Shown: positions 27,601 to 40,800 of the stretch, piece after piece
Position numbering within the stretch: position 1 is the first letter of the stretch
Layout: the number at the start of each line of letters is the position of its first letter
NCBI GenBank assembly: GCA_951406725.2
Contig: OX597832.1
Coordinates: forward strand, 60,512,001 to 60,576,000
Direction: 5' to 3'
DNA length: 64,000 nt
From: Octopus vulgaris
Taxonomy: Eukaryota
Notes under the pieces: generated by a model
What the model was told of the DNA's origin: nothing
Database searches by the model: none
Seen by the model: the letters and a program-made list of their open reading frames with translations, nothing else
Position numbers and translations under genes: made by a program

Positions 27601-28821
27601 ATACTATAATAACGAATAACAAAAAACCTTATAAAAATATAAAGTATAATAAAAAATCCTGGAAGTGGAGTTGTGTGTGTGTGTGTGCATACCCATCCAT
27701 GTATGTATGACTGTACGTGTCTCTATGTGTAAGTATGTGTCAGTTCGTTAGTGAGTGTGTGTTTTTGTATATGCCAGGAAATGTGTTTGTGCATTACAAA
27801 GGAAAACGAAATTAAACCTATCAGTTTTTGATAACCCTCCCATGACCCCTTAGTTCCTAACAAAATGAAGAAATAAATAATACCCAGTTCATATAATTTT
27901 CAAAGTAATGAAGAATTTGGAGGTATTTTAATAAAAACAACAAACTGACTATTATTTTATTATCAAGCCATTATTTGGAACATAATGCAAAATGTTGGTA
28001 AATTACAGTTACAACTGACGGCTTATAAATAAATACTTCTGTATAAGTATTTCTGTAGTACAGAATGAAAGGCAATGTTAGGCAGACTGAAGGATAACAA
28101 GACATTTGTATAAAAGTACAACACTAAGTTTTGTTTTTCTGGTGGCGGGAGGTGCTGGTTACTGAATAAGGAATAATTTATTGGAATGAAACATGTTCTT
28201 GGTACATCTTAAATATTGTTTCTATAACTTTCTCTATTCACCCTTCTTTGAAGATTTGAAAAATGTGGAAGTCGATGCCAGCAGGTTTCTGAGCTTGGAG
28301 CCAAGTATCACTAAATAAAATGTCCCTCAGTAATCTAACTTTCAACTGTCTTAGCCATTTGACAGTGACAAAAATTCTAACATATTTCCAGTGTGTGGCA
28401 TCTTGAGTTGGTATCTTCTTCTATAACCATGAATGAAACTTGATAGCAACCTTGTAGAAGCCAATAATAAACTCTACTTACAGTTCTTTCAACAGCAGAT
28501 ATATTGTACTGCATATTTATAAATATTATATTAACATAATTAATGTTGCAGTAATCAGAAGTAGTCAAGTGATTATTTTTCTAGGAGGAGGTGGGGACTG
28601 ATGCTATGCAGTTATCAGGGTCCAGGCTTGATTGGGCGAACATGTCAATGTGACAATTTGTTTAGTTACACTACACTTTCCGAATGTAGTTTCAACCCTG
28701 TGTTTCAACAGAATAAATGAGGCAGAGTAAAGGACAATATTCAGGTTTAAAACTGCCATAGGTGTTTGAGATACCTGAACAAACTTTGAAATAATAGTAG
28801 TAATAATAATTTTTTTTATTT

Positions 28822-28960
28822 TCTTTTTCTACTCTAGGCACAAAGCCTGAAATTTTGGAGGAGGTGGAGGGAGTCGATTTGATCAACGCCAGTATGCAAC
28901 TAGTACTTAATTTATTGACCCCCCCCCCATGCTAACGTTTCTGCCAGCTTGTCACCTTAG
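28822..28960 (-). mobile_element. Internally deleted SINE
   Basis: CTACTCTAGGCACAAAGCCTGAAATTTT...TAGTACTTAATTTATTGACCCC...CATGCTAACGTTTCTGCCAGCTTG. Confidence 0.75.
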
Positions 28961-29826
28961 TAGTAATAACAACAACAATAACAGTAATTAGTAACTACCA
29001 GAAGAGATAGACAAAAACAACTGTTATTCTGTTTACTTTTTCAGCCTGGCATCTCTCATATGTCGTATTTCATGTGAAATATTGATGTCTATTTTACTAT
29101 AATGGTCATATTATTATATCCCATATAGCTATCATTATCATGTGACATATTTTAATGTCAGCTTGACATCAATCACAACAATATTTAGTAATAAATTCAA
29201 TACAAAACTAACATACTAAAATATCGAACAAACTCAATATGATAACCTTTCCGACGTGTATATTATCTTGCACCATTCATGTCTATACTAACATTATTTG
29301 AAATCATTATTTACCGAGCTCTAAAAATACAATCTATATAATCACTATTATAATGGGCATCAGTAATTGAGGTAGTGCAATAGCAGTGTGATAGTGAAGA
29401 CATCCTTCACAAGAGAACTGCAGCATTATCTCATACCTATGCATTAAATTCATCTCAAAACAATAGACATGGAAGCAGCACTGTATTAAAAGTCGTACTG
29501 AAAACCAATGCACCTTGTAACTATTTCAATAACTACCTCCTTCATAGAGACAAATAAATGGCAGGTTTAAGTATGAGCTTAAGAATGCAGGTTATTCACC
29601 CTGCCAACCAACAGTTTACAACAGAGTAAACACATAGGTTATATAACAGACATGGTTGTATTAGACTTTAATATATTTTATTAAGAGTTTTTACATATTT
29701 CTACATAAGTCTTTGATATTTAATTCAGGAAAATAAGGTGTTCTGAAACCTATTAACATTTCCTCAATTTCTTGGCTTTATTGACAGCACAAAGTAGTGA
29801 GAGTGGCACGAGTGCTGTGTCATTAA

Positions 29827-29873
<47 letters not shown>

Positions 29874-29884
29874 TATATAGAAGG

Positions 29885-29935
29885 AGTTTCTACAGGACTA
29901 GAACTGTTTCATTCAAGAGAAATCATCAGGAAGCT
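29885..29935 (-). ncRNA. Mirror hammerhead motif, sense to the muscleblind pre-mRNA
   Basis: Same core on the minus strand; stem I has one C-A mismatch (AGCUUC/GAAACU); predicted cut after 29891. Confidence 0.6.
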
Positions 29936-29982
29936 TCCTGATGATTTCTCTTGAATGAAACAGTTCTAGTCCTGTAGAAGCT
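29932..29982 (+). ncRNA. Type-I hammerhead ribozyme motif
   Basis: AGCUUC-CUGAUGA-U[UUC UCUU GAA]U-GAAA-CAG uucuaguc CUG-UA^-GAAGCU; intact CUGAUGA/GAAA/UH core, 6-bp stem I, predicted cut after 29976. Confidence 0.7.
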
Positions 29983-30065
29983 CCTTCTATATAATAAATT
30001 AATTTTACTCTGCTATGTATTGAGTACCTTATTTACTGTGGTTAACCCCGAATCAACCCGGGACC

Positions 30066-30102
<37 letters not shown>

Positions 30103-30506
30103 TATGAATATATATATCTCTTGAATCTGAAATGGAAAACTTCACTCAGAAGTTTTTGTGCCAAGACCTCAACGACCGTTGCACTTCATCAGCTTATGAA
30201 AGCTTTATGCACAGAAACTCAAAGCCCTGAATGCTATGCATGCGCCATTTAATAAATTTAATTCCCTATTTCCAACAATATTGAGGTCAAATTCTTTTGT
30301 CATTATGCGTGGTTCAATGATATATGCAAAAATATATAATATAATACAATATAAAACTAAAAGTTTCGACAAGTACTGGGAACAATCTAAGTTATTTTAC
30401 TGCTTCACAATTACCGGTATAACTATTTATTGTTTCGGTCAAAAATTAGTGTTTTCATTCCTTCATGGATGAGTTCATGCATGTGTTTGTTTATTTATTT
30501 ACCTAC

Positions 30507-30546
<40 letters not shown>

Positions 30547-30859
30547 GATGTGAGTAGGATTCAATGATTGTAACTGTATAATTTTGTGTTCATGTCTGTG
30601 TGAGGGTGTCACAGTTCCTCTTCTTTCAAAGAGAGATCACAAGCTTTAGCATTTTACACTTGTAAATATATTGTCCAACATATGCAAGACTTACATGCAC
30701 TGCCTAATGATCAACCTTTGACAATGCATCTCGTAGTAATTGCATCATTTTGTTCTTGTTAAAAGTAAAATTATCTACAGAAGCTACACTTTTTAAAACT
30801 GATTTTTCAAAAAAAAATTTTTTTATTAAAATTCAGTCTAAGGATAAAAAATGAATAAT

Positions 30860-30892
30860 TAAATAATAATAATAATAATAATAAAAATAGTA

Positions 30893-30947
<55 letters not shown>
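30860..30947. repeat. (AAT)n microsatellite
   Basis: Long AAT run. Confidence 0.9.
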
Positions 30948-30948
<1 letters not shown>

Positions 30949-31791
30949 GACAACATCAATGGCAATCTGTGTTTTCAAAATTGGGAAAAGAAATTTGAAT
31001 GAAAAAAAGAACGAAAAGAAGAAAAACGTTTCATTTACTACTGAAAGAATTTAGACTAAAAACAAAGTTGAATTTTTACACCCTTTCCTTGTTCCTTCAA
31101 ACCATTTATATATATTTTTTCTTTACAAAACACCAATAACTCCTTAATGTTTGTGCTTTTGCACCCCTGTTCCCTATTTTTTCCTCCAGTTTTGTTTTTA
31201 AACTCATAGAATTTTCTTTTTTTTTTATATATATAAATTTCTATATATTTTTTCTACTTTTCTTTTTTTTTTGGCAAAAAATTCAAAAACAAAATTTGCA
31301 GAAACAATTTTGTTAAATAATGTGAGAAAAATATTAACCATTTCAAAAATTAAAAAAAAAACTGATAATGATGCTAATATGTGGGGTTTTTTTTTTTTTT
31401 TTTATAGTGGGGCTGCTGCTGCTGCTACAAAGTCCATAAGACTTGGTGCAGATATTTGACGAGTGTGACAACCCCCGCACACAACAGATACAGGCACAGT
31501 AGCGAAAGCTGTCAAATGATAAATAACATTATTTAAGGCGAATAATAACAATAAGTGAATTTTAAAAAAAAAAAAAAATTTTTATTTAAACGAAAAAAAT
31601 GTACACACCCACACATGTAAACTACTTTTTTTTTTTTCTTTTGTTAAACAGCGAAATTATCATAATTTAACTTTAACCATCCTGCTTGCCCCCAACAACT
31701 ACAAACACGACAAAAGAAAAAGAAAAAAATACAAAACACAGACAAAAAAGTAGTTAAAATTAATCTTTGGGTTTTCAAAGTGGATGCTCAC

Positions 31792-31983
31792 CTCTAATCT
31801 GTCAGCCCTCGTAACTTTCTGTTGTGCTGTTCCAGGAATTCCTGTAGGCAACACCCCTGGAACTTGAGTGGAGACAACTGTTGCTTCGCTTCCAGTGCCG
31901 GCCACTGGAACGGTTGGTATTGCTGCATTCAAGTAAGGGTTGAACACAGCAGATGTCGGGACTGTGCTTATGTATGGAGGGGC
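31792..31983 (-). CDS. mbl: Muscleblind linker exon (64 codons) ending in the conserved R.DRLE box
   Basis: Pyrimidine tract CCTCCTCCCAG|GCC...TTAGAG|GTGAGC; APPYISTVPTSAVFNPYLNAA...QQKVTRADRLE matches MBNL1 AFNPYL...QKLMRTDRLE; 192 nt, phase 0/0. Confidence 0.95.
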
Positions 31984-32169
31984 CTGGGAGGAGGTAGAGA
32001 GAGAGAGAGAGAGAGAAGGGGGAAAGAAGAAAAAGAAAATACAATGTATAGAATAAGAACTTTGAATTGGAGGTGTGAAAAATGGAAAAACAAAAACAAA
32101 AAACAATTGAGTAATTTACAATTTAAAATATAAATAATGCAATGGAAAAATATTTTAGAAAATCTATCA

Positions 32170-32224
<55 letters not shown>

Positions 32225-32232
32225 ATTATATA

Positions 32233-32263
<31 letters not shown>

Positions 32264-32408
32264 AAGAATAAGTCTCTATTCAGATGTTGCTCGTTTGCTT
32301 CTTTCCTTGTTTCTTATATTCAAAAAGAATGAAAACAGTAACAAACGAAAAGAAAAAGCAAAAAAGACCACCTTTACTAACTTTGAGAGAGTGAGAGAGA
32401 GAAAGAGT

Positions 32409-32442
<34 letters not shown>

Positions 32443-34318
32443 AAGAGAGAACAGTTGAGTTGGTGGTAACATGTCTGATGCAGCTTGGGATGTGTTTAAG
32501 TCTTATTCTAACTTCATCAGCAAGGCATACCTTGTACCATCCATGTTGAAGTCATGAGAGACATCACAAAGTATGATTGTGTACAGAAGGTCTAGAACTG
32601 TTTAGAGATTTAATCACATAAATAATTGTTAACTACATTTCTCTTAACTTTATAATAATACTATTATAGTATGGTAATAATGCATTTTATGTACATGCAC
32701 AGTGATTTAGCTCTGTATGTATGAATTTATATATTTATATATATATATATATATGTATAGTTAATGAAAAGACAAAGAAGGTCTTTATTTTCTGCTTTAA
32801 TTTATATTTTTTGGTTTCCTTTTAAAACATTCTTTAATTCCTTCCTAGGGTAAATCTTTGTTTTTGGATGAAATATTATTATTTAAGTTTATGGAGCAGG
32901 GGAATAAATGACCTTTCTGAGATGGTAGGTGATCAGTCCCTACACCTTAGGGTTGGTGGTAAGGTATCAACAGAATAAACATTTGAACATGTATAGCAAT
33001 TCAATCAATTATATAACATTGCTCTACAATTCTTGTCAAATGATCACTACTACTACTAGTAGTGGTAGTAGTAATAGTAGTAGTAGTCATATTTTTAACA
33101 GCAGGCTCATGTTAAACAGATCTACAATCAAAGATATTCCAATTATAACAATCCTTCGAGTTTTAAAAGACACTGTATAAAATAGTAACTTTGACTATTT
33201 GTTTATTTGCTTAGAGATGGTAGAGTTTGACTCCGTGAAAAGATTTAGCAGCTATTTTTAGTAAACTGAGCAACAGCAAAGTGATTATTTCATAAGCTTG
33301 GACTGTTTTCATGAGAAGTAGAATTAGAAGTATCTACCATGTGCAAGTGGCCAAGGTACTTAAGTCTTTCTAACACAGTCTAGTTGATTGTAAATAGGGA
33401 GCATAATGAAGTGCAGCTAACTGCAGTAAGCAGTGGAAGCATTGTATAATTAAAGAGAGTTTCAAGTAGATTGCATCATTGATTTCAAATCTTACTAACC
33501 ATTTATTGATGCATATATCTGATACAGAAATATCAATATTCAGTACTTTAAAATGTGACAAATATCGATTGATTGATCGACTGATGTCAGTCTGATATCA
33601 GAAGGGCTGAATTAGTTAAGGTTTGATGGTGGAATTGTAATGTTTGAGCTAATTTTTGTCACGAATATTGTTCAATGAAGTGACTATAAAATCCATACTG
33701 TGGAAGCAATTTGTTAACAATTTAACCAATATTTACCAAATATGGTTAAAAAACTTAGAATAACAATACAGTGGAGTCAGCCATGTGAATAGTTGATGCA
33801 TTCTCAGCCCACCCCAAGGACAAAAAAAAAAAAAAGAAAAATCTTTCAAGAAGACCATACTATTGGTAATATAAGAATGATATTAAAAAAACAAGAAGTT
33901 GCACAAGCTAATGGTTTCTTCTTCATGTTTTTTTCTTTCACTTATGTATTTGCATTTAATATGCTTTTTTTTTATATATTGTAGTAGCCTTTTGTTTCCA
34001 AGTTCAGCTGAATAAACAAATTTAGTGCAAACTAAAAGTGAAAGAAATAAATGAAGAAAGAAAATCAGATGTAACAATAAAAATAAACTAGAAAAAAAAA
34101 TGAAATGACAAAAAAAAAAAAAAAGTGTAAACAGAAGTGCAAGGCAATGGGATGGGAGGTATCTGTTTTACATAACCAATGAAGCATAAACGAAAACCAA
34201 CGATTGCTCAGTGGAAGGATAAGATTGGTGCAAAGCATACAATACAGGCATAATAAATATTTCTACAATGCTTAGAGGAGCAATGAAATCTCTGTATGTG
34301 TGTGTGTGTGTGTATGTG

Positions 34319-34362
<44 letters not shown>

Positions 34363-35557
34363 GATAGAGAGAGAGTGAGAGAGAGAGGAAGAGATCATAA
34401 TTGATGAAAGGCTTCTTTTTGCTCCTGAAACAGACAGACAGAGAAACATGAAACTAAACGGTCAAACATTTCCTCAACTGTACATTGGTGAAATGTCAAG
34501 ATGGAAATTGAACACACATACAGGTTGTCGTCGTACAAATATGTAAATTTTACTTGAGCTATACCAGCCATGCCAGCATCCTGTGTTCATAGGTAGGATC
34601 ATGTAGGGACAGATATGAAGAGAGCGTTTCACAAACATGTGGCTCTGGGAGATCAAACTCACTGGCATGGCACAATGGAAAAGTGCTTTCTACCCAAGGT
34701 TTATGAATGGGATCTTCTAAACAGGAACACAATAGAAGCCTGTCTGATCAATCATTCTTCCTGATGAGTCACATTTTCTTCACATCAGCTCCACCCTACA
34801 CCAGCTTTCAACAATTTCGAGAATCATGCAAGCATCATGGGTTTCTTTTATTCTTTTACATTTAACTCTCCTCACAAAAAGCTATTAAAATGACAATTAG
34901 AAGGTATATCATCAATGCAGGTATCGACACAGAGGCATACATCTACATTCAGGACTGAAACACTGTATAAAGGAGGAAAGAGGAAAAGGAGGATGACACA
35001 AAGAAGAAGAGAAGAAAACACATAGTAGGAGACTATGGCTCTACAAAATTTCCTTGGCTTTGAAACAAGGACAGGGGATTGACACACTATTTTGTAGAGA
35101 AGAAGTAATACTATTAAAATAGCAGAAATACATTATAATAATATGCAATTGGAAAAGATTTCTCTGTAGTATAACTGATAATGTGGTCATCTGTCAAACC
35201 ATTTTTTACCTGGCCTGAGCAGTACCCCCATTCCATCCCCATCTCATCCTGTAAGTAGGATGTGTAGCTTCCTTCATCAGTCTCAAATTAGTCAAAAATT
35301 ATAATGTCAATGGCTTGGTTTAATTAACCAACCTTGGGACCAACTCCATTGAATCTGCAATTGGTTGGCATGCTGAGGCCATCATCCATCATCCACAATT
35401 GAAAACAATCGAAGGAAACGACTCATATGAACAAGGCTACTGTTTCACTTGATCCTCAAAAGATTACAACAGTCTTCATTCCTTTCTCTCCATCAAAAAC
35501 ATACAAGCAGGGAGGGAAGCTTTGAACTCAATCAAAAAGAAACCAATAGTTGATACT

Positions 35558-35779
35558 AAGAAGGCGGCAAGCTGGCAGAAACATTAAGCATGCCGGGTGA
35601 AATGCTAAGCAGTACTTCATCTATCTTTACATTCTGAGTTCAAATTCAGCTGAGGTTGACTTTGCTATTCATCCTTTAGGGGTTGATAAATTAACTACCA
35701 GTTGTGTACTGGGATTGATCTAATTGGCTGGTCCCCTCCCCAAAAATTTCGAGCCTTGTGCCTAGAGTTGAAAAGAATA
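35558..35779 (+). mobile_element. Apparently full-length SINE, plus orientation
   Basis: AAGGCGGCAAGCTGGCAGAA...TTCTGAGTTCAAATTC...GAGCCTTGTGCCTAGAGT. Confidence 0.85.
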
Positions 35780-35835
35780 TTGGATACTAAGAAATTCTTT
35801 AGTTTTCAAAACTGAAATTGCATTATAATGTAGAC

Positions 35836-36061
35836 CAGTGGTTCTCAACCATTTTTGCCTATGGATCCCTTTGACTCCTATCTTATTCAATGGGGAAACC
35901 CCATAGCCATTCAATGTCTTAAAAGTCCTATTATAATTTTATAAAATCTTAGAAATTGCATTAGAAAATGTTTAAATATTTAGTGTATTGTAGAAGTATA
36001 ACTTGTTTATTGCACATAAATTTTAACAGCAAAGTCTTATGTGGACCCCAGTTGAGAACCA
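35836..36061. mobile_element. hAT (Charlie-like) MITE
   Basis: CAGTGGTTCTCAAC ... GTTGAGAACCA with 8-bp TSD ATGTAGAC at 35828-35835 and 36062-36069; right TIR lacks the terminal 3 nt. Confidence 0.8.
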
Positions 36062-36904
36062 ATGTAGACCTTACCCCACTGGTGGCTGAACCTTTACATA
36101 CTGCTTACTACCAAGGAGTACAAACCTTCCCAAACAATTTCCTGTTACTGCTCGTATAAAAGATTACACACACCTAGCCTTGTAACGAAATTTTGCGGTT
36201 AGTAACTATTTCTGTAATAGCTGCGTCTACATGAAAATATACTTAAACAATCGGACACTGACAACGCCAATAATAAGCGCTACTACAATGACAATGATGA
36301 CAGACACATCCAGCACCATTATTATCAATGTATTGTAATAAAAGGCTGCTGACCATTGCTACTACCTCTATATATCAAATAAGAATGGCCCCCACACATA
36401 CATTACATATAAACATAAATATATTTGTGTGCAATTAGGTAGGTATGTATAACTGTATGCTTATGTGTGTGGAGTTACACAAACACATACACAATCAACT
36501 GAGACACTACCATGACCACCACCACCACCACCACTACATATAACTAAATTGCTTTTCAATAAAAGACTAGTGTTGGTTTATGGAAGCTCCTTTGGGGTGT
36601 GAAGGTGGGTGGGTGGGGTTATTACTAATTTTTTTACTTGCAATTTTTTTTGTTAGTTTAATTACATTAATATACTTAATTAGTAAGCTAAGCAAAATTA
36701 GATTAAAATTTTGAGTGAGTCTTAATTATAAGTATGTAAAAATTGTATTTGAAGTAATATATTGTTTAATTTCCTGTTGAGCTCATAAATATTTCACTGT
36801 AATTATTGAATAATATTATATTAATTATTCCCGTTATTATAATAGCATTTGTAGTGGCTCTCAGGAGCTGAACTTAATTATTTATAATATTTAGTTTCAT
36901 TGCA

Positions 36905-37216
36905 TGGTATTCTGAGCTCAAATTCTACCTGGTTCTACTCTACCCTTTTGTCTCTAAAGTAGGTGAACAACCCAATCAAATATACCCCCTCATATAAAAA
37001 TGTCTGGCTTTGGGCCAATCTAGCAGAATTGGTAGAATATCAGCTGAAATGCCGGAGGTATTTTACTATGAACTTTTAAATACAGAATTTCAATTCACGA
37101 TCAAGGATAACCTGGTGTTTCATCTTTCCGGAGGTACCTGACAAGTACTGGGGGTTTAATTCAATCAAATTATACTCCCTGCCAAAATTTGTATGGTCAT
37201 GTGCCAAATTTAGAAA
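36905..37216 (+). mobile_element. Two degenerate SINE copies
   Basis: TTCTGAGCTCAAATTC...; AAGTACTGGGG...GTGCCAAATTTAGAAA. Confidence 0.6.
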
Positions 37217-37402
37217 TTACTATTACTATTGATTTTTCCATTTTTTTTTTTTTTCATTGCCACCAGGATAAAATATGAAAGAGATGTGTTTGGGGATAAA
37301 ATGGAATCATTCCCATTTTAAACCAATTCACTTCAGCTGCTAATTCTCTTGAGAAAGACATAATTGTCGCACAATCTCATTTCCATATGATATAAAATAT
37401 AC

Positions 37403-37436
<34 letters not shown>

Positions 37437-37528
37437 TTACATTTAGAATGCAAAGGAGAATAATTGATATATGCTGCAGAACTTATTCATACAAAGTATA
37501 TGATTCACTCCCTGATTACTCAGAGTTC

Positions 37529-37860
37529 TGCAGGAGTGGCTGTGTGCTAAGAAGCTAGCTTCCCATCCACATGGTTCCAAGTTCAGTCCCATTGCATGGC
37601 ACCTTGGGCAAGTATCTTATAATATAGCTTTGGGCTGACTAAAGCCTTGTGAGTGGATTTGGTAGATGGAAACTGAAAGTCCATCGTATATGTGTGTGTA
37701 TGCCTTACCTTTCCCTGCCACTTGACAACCAGTGTTGGTGTGTTTATGTCCCTGTAACTTAGAAGTTCAGCAAAACAGACTGATAGAATGACTAGAAATC
37801 CTTCGAAGCAGTGCCCCAGCATGGCCACAGTCTAATGACTGAAACAAAAGATATAAGATA
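37529..37860 (+). mobile_element. tRNA-derived SINE (second family)
   Basis: GGAGTGGCTGTGTG...GTTCAGTCCCATTGCATGGCACCTTGGGCAAG...GCATGGCCACAGTCTAATGACTGAAAC; inverse copy at 52933-53326. Confidence 0.75.
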
Positions 37861-40800
37861 TTTACTAATTTCTCTTATTGGACTGTGGCTGTCCTGGAGC
37901 ACCTCATTTAAATGTGTATGTCTGTGTATGCCCCTCCACTCACATACACACAAAGAGTTGGCACATTATAGCCAAATGATTAAACAAATTTGTTTCAGAA
38001 TTGTGAGGTTCCGGCTTTGATTCTGCAAAATGGCATCTTGTTCAAATGTCATTTTCTCCAGCCTCACTGTTGACCTGCATCTTGTGAGTGATACTGGGTA
38101 GATGGAGACTATGCAGAAGCCTGTCAGATGTATAGTACCTACAATTTAAAGGTCCAATCTTGTCAGTCTGCCTGAGAATTCCATTAAGGGTACACACTTC
38201 TGTGTACATGTGTTAGCCACCTACACACCAATTTAACAAACCTGGTATTCAGTTGACTGAACAGGTGAATATTTAGAGCCAGAAATTCTGACAGCTCATT
38301 AGTGTTTATTAAACAACTGAGTTGCACTCCCCCTTTTCTGCATATAGGTTTGCAGGGGATGGGCTCCACCAAAACTGCACGTGAAATCTCTGCTGGCATC
38401 CTTAAGTTTCCCCTTTCACAAAAGACAGAGACATAGGAATTTTGTTGGGGAGCAAAAAAAATTTTAAAAGAGCATGTCTGGACACTAACAGCCATGTAGT
38501 TTTATCTTGCTGTTATCTTGAAAAACAACAACAGATGCTATTTTGTAAATTAGATGCAATAGTTAGTGCAGCAATATCTAATACACGGCTGCAAAAAGGA
38601 TAAGTGCAGCAGCAGCAACAACAACAACGACGATAACAATCACAATATTGACTGAGTGAAGGGTATCAGCTACAAGTATTACAATAGTAGCAACAACAAT
38701 AAAAATAATGCAATAAATGATTGTAACAAGACAAGCTGCATAAGTAATAGTAGCGAAAATATCAGCAGTGATAATGAAAGGGAGTACTTTGCATAATCAA
38801 ATTATCGGATGGTGGGTCTGAGATCTACAGCTGAAGCTTGTAACAATGGTGATGTGTGGGTGGCTAATTGGTATACCAGCAGCATGAGTAACATATCATA
38901 TCAGACTGGCATATAAGGTCATAGAATTGAAGTCAGGAGAGATGAGGTACCAGAGAAGAAAACTTAATGTATGGGAACTAAAAAGTTATACAGAACAGTA
39001 AAGGTTTGTGATGGAAAGGAAAACCAGACATACAGCGTGGTATATCAGTGAAAGGATAAAGTTCAGAAGCTCAACTGGATATATACAAATTTGGCATAGT
39101 GAGGGCCAAAATATGTGTAGATCTCTCAAATTGGTAGCCAATATTCAGAAGTAATCCTCAAGATAAACATATTTGGCAGACACTACAGATACATGATTGC
39201 TTGATTGTGGAACCATATCCATCTCAATTAGAGACAGTCTTAGTTCAGTTAATCAGCCTACCAAAATTAGCATCTGAATTATCTCCAAATCACATTCTAC
39301 AATTATAGGATAAGAAAGAATATATTAGAAAATGCAGTCTAAGATACACTTCTCAAAAGACAAGACAGCCATGGAAGAAATTCCATTAATCATATCTGTT
39401 CAACAGGAGTTGACCTGGGGCTAAACAAGTTAACAACCAACAGTGTCTACTTAGTATTCAAAGTAGTCATAATTAGGATAAGATCAGTTCCTATTACACA
39501 CTTGGTGCAGAAAAAATAAATAATGCTCACACGCTTTGTGTGTATTAACCCTATCAAAGCTGAACCTCCATGTCTAACTTTACCCTCCACCTGGGCTCCT
39601 GAACAAAAAAATAAATACTTCCAAATACAACTCAAGAGTAATGATTACAGACAAACAAATAGACAATCACGGAAAAATTCAGGAGAATAACAATAACAAG
39701 CCTATCTTTCAACTACCATATTTTTTCACCTGAATCGCTACTTTCCTTATCAATTTCACCAGTTTGAATGTCCAAACCACTCTCATTGTCTTCACTCAAA
39801 GAATAAATATCATCAATAATTTCCTCAGCTGTAAAGAGTCTAGGCCTTGCTTGTTTACCAGGTGAAGTGCTGGGTTCATCACATGCTCATTTCACCACAA
39901 AAACCTGGGGCTTTTCCCCCCCATAAAATACAAAAGTAAACAAGAGCTAAAGGGGATACCATCAATAATGAGTTATAAACACACTTGACTACAATGCTGT
40001 GAGGTGATTGGTTGTCTATTTTTAGTATTTTATCTTCTGTTTGTTGTTTATTACTGCATTAATGGGAATCTGGTTGAGACTCCCATTAAAGGATGAGAGG
40101 ATTAACTATTGAGCTTTTGTACAAGCTGAAAATCTTGTGTGTCACCATCTTGGACTGAGACTAAAACTGATGACAGCAGTGTCTCTTCATGCAAAATATG
40201 TCACCACAATTTTGTCAGGTATTTCAAAAAACTGAATGAGGAGCTAATGGGTATAATAACAAGAAGACCATCAATTAAACTGCTGTTTAGTTGTTTGTCA
40301 TAGAACATGCATATGGATGATGTGGTTTGGTGACTGCAGTGCCATGGGTCATCATCACCTTATCAAATCATTCAGCTGTGTACATATGCATGTACCTGAG
40401 TATCTATGCGTTGTATGCCAGGCTGTTACAATTATTACTGTCAAGAAACTGTAGAATATTGAGAAAGTAAATTCCAGGCAATATTCAGATCCATCAGTCC
40501 ATTCATTGATTTACAATCTGACTTCAAACCCTTGCATGCCTAACATGACCACAGTCCAATGACTAAAATCAGTCAATGAGTAATGCCAAGCTGGAGATAT
40601 ACGCCTTTCATATTTTCAGGGATAAATATAGTAACCATAATATATGAAAGAAGTGTCAAGGGTCAGTTTAATAAGTTCTGTGTCTAGTTAACAACAAACA
40701 TACATGTATTTATATACATACACAGACAGCTCACTCTATCTATAGATATGAAAGGAAAGACATTCAATACACTGTTGTGTCTGACATATTACATAAGTGA

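Larger units (their letters stand above)
29871..30068. mobile_element. Foldback element between (TA)n arrays; probably an inverted pseudo-LTR remnant of a Penelope-like element
   Basis: 63-bp arms 29871-29933 and 29934-29996 centred on AAGCTT with one mismatch, then a ~70-bp unique tail; contains hammerhead motifs. Confidence 0.7.

Noticed and set aside
30135-30195. Minus-strand CUGAUGA with GUGC/GCAC stem
   Set aside because: No GAAA box, valid UH site or stem I.
31699-32106. 135-aa ORF as a standalone gene
   Set aside because: It is exon 31792-31983 plus translated polypyrimidine tracts.
34440-34830. Possible decayed transposon coding fragment (also ~27820-28620 and ~39640-40330)
   Set aside because: No recognisable motif; needs RepeatMasker or tblastx.
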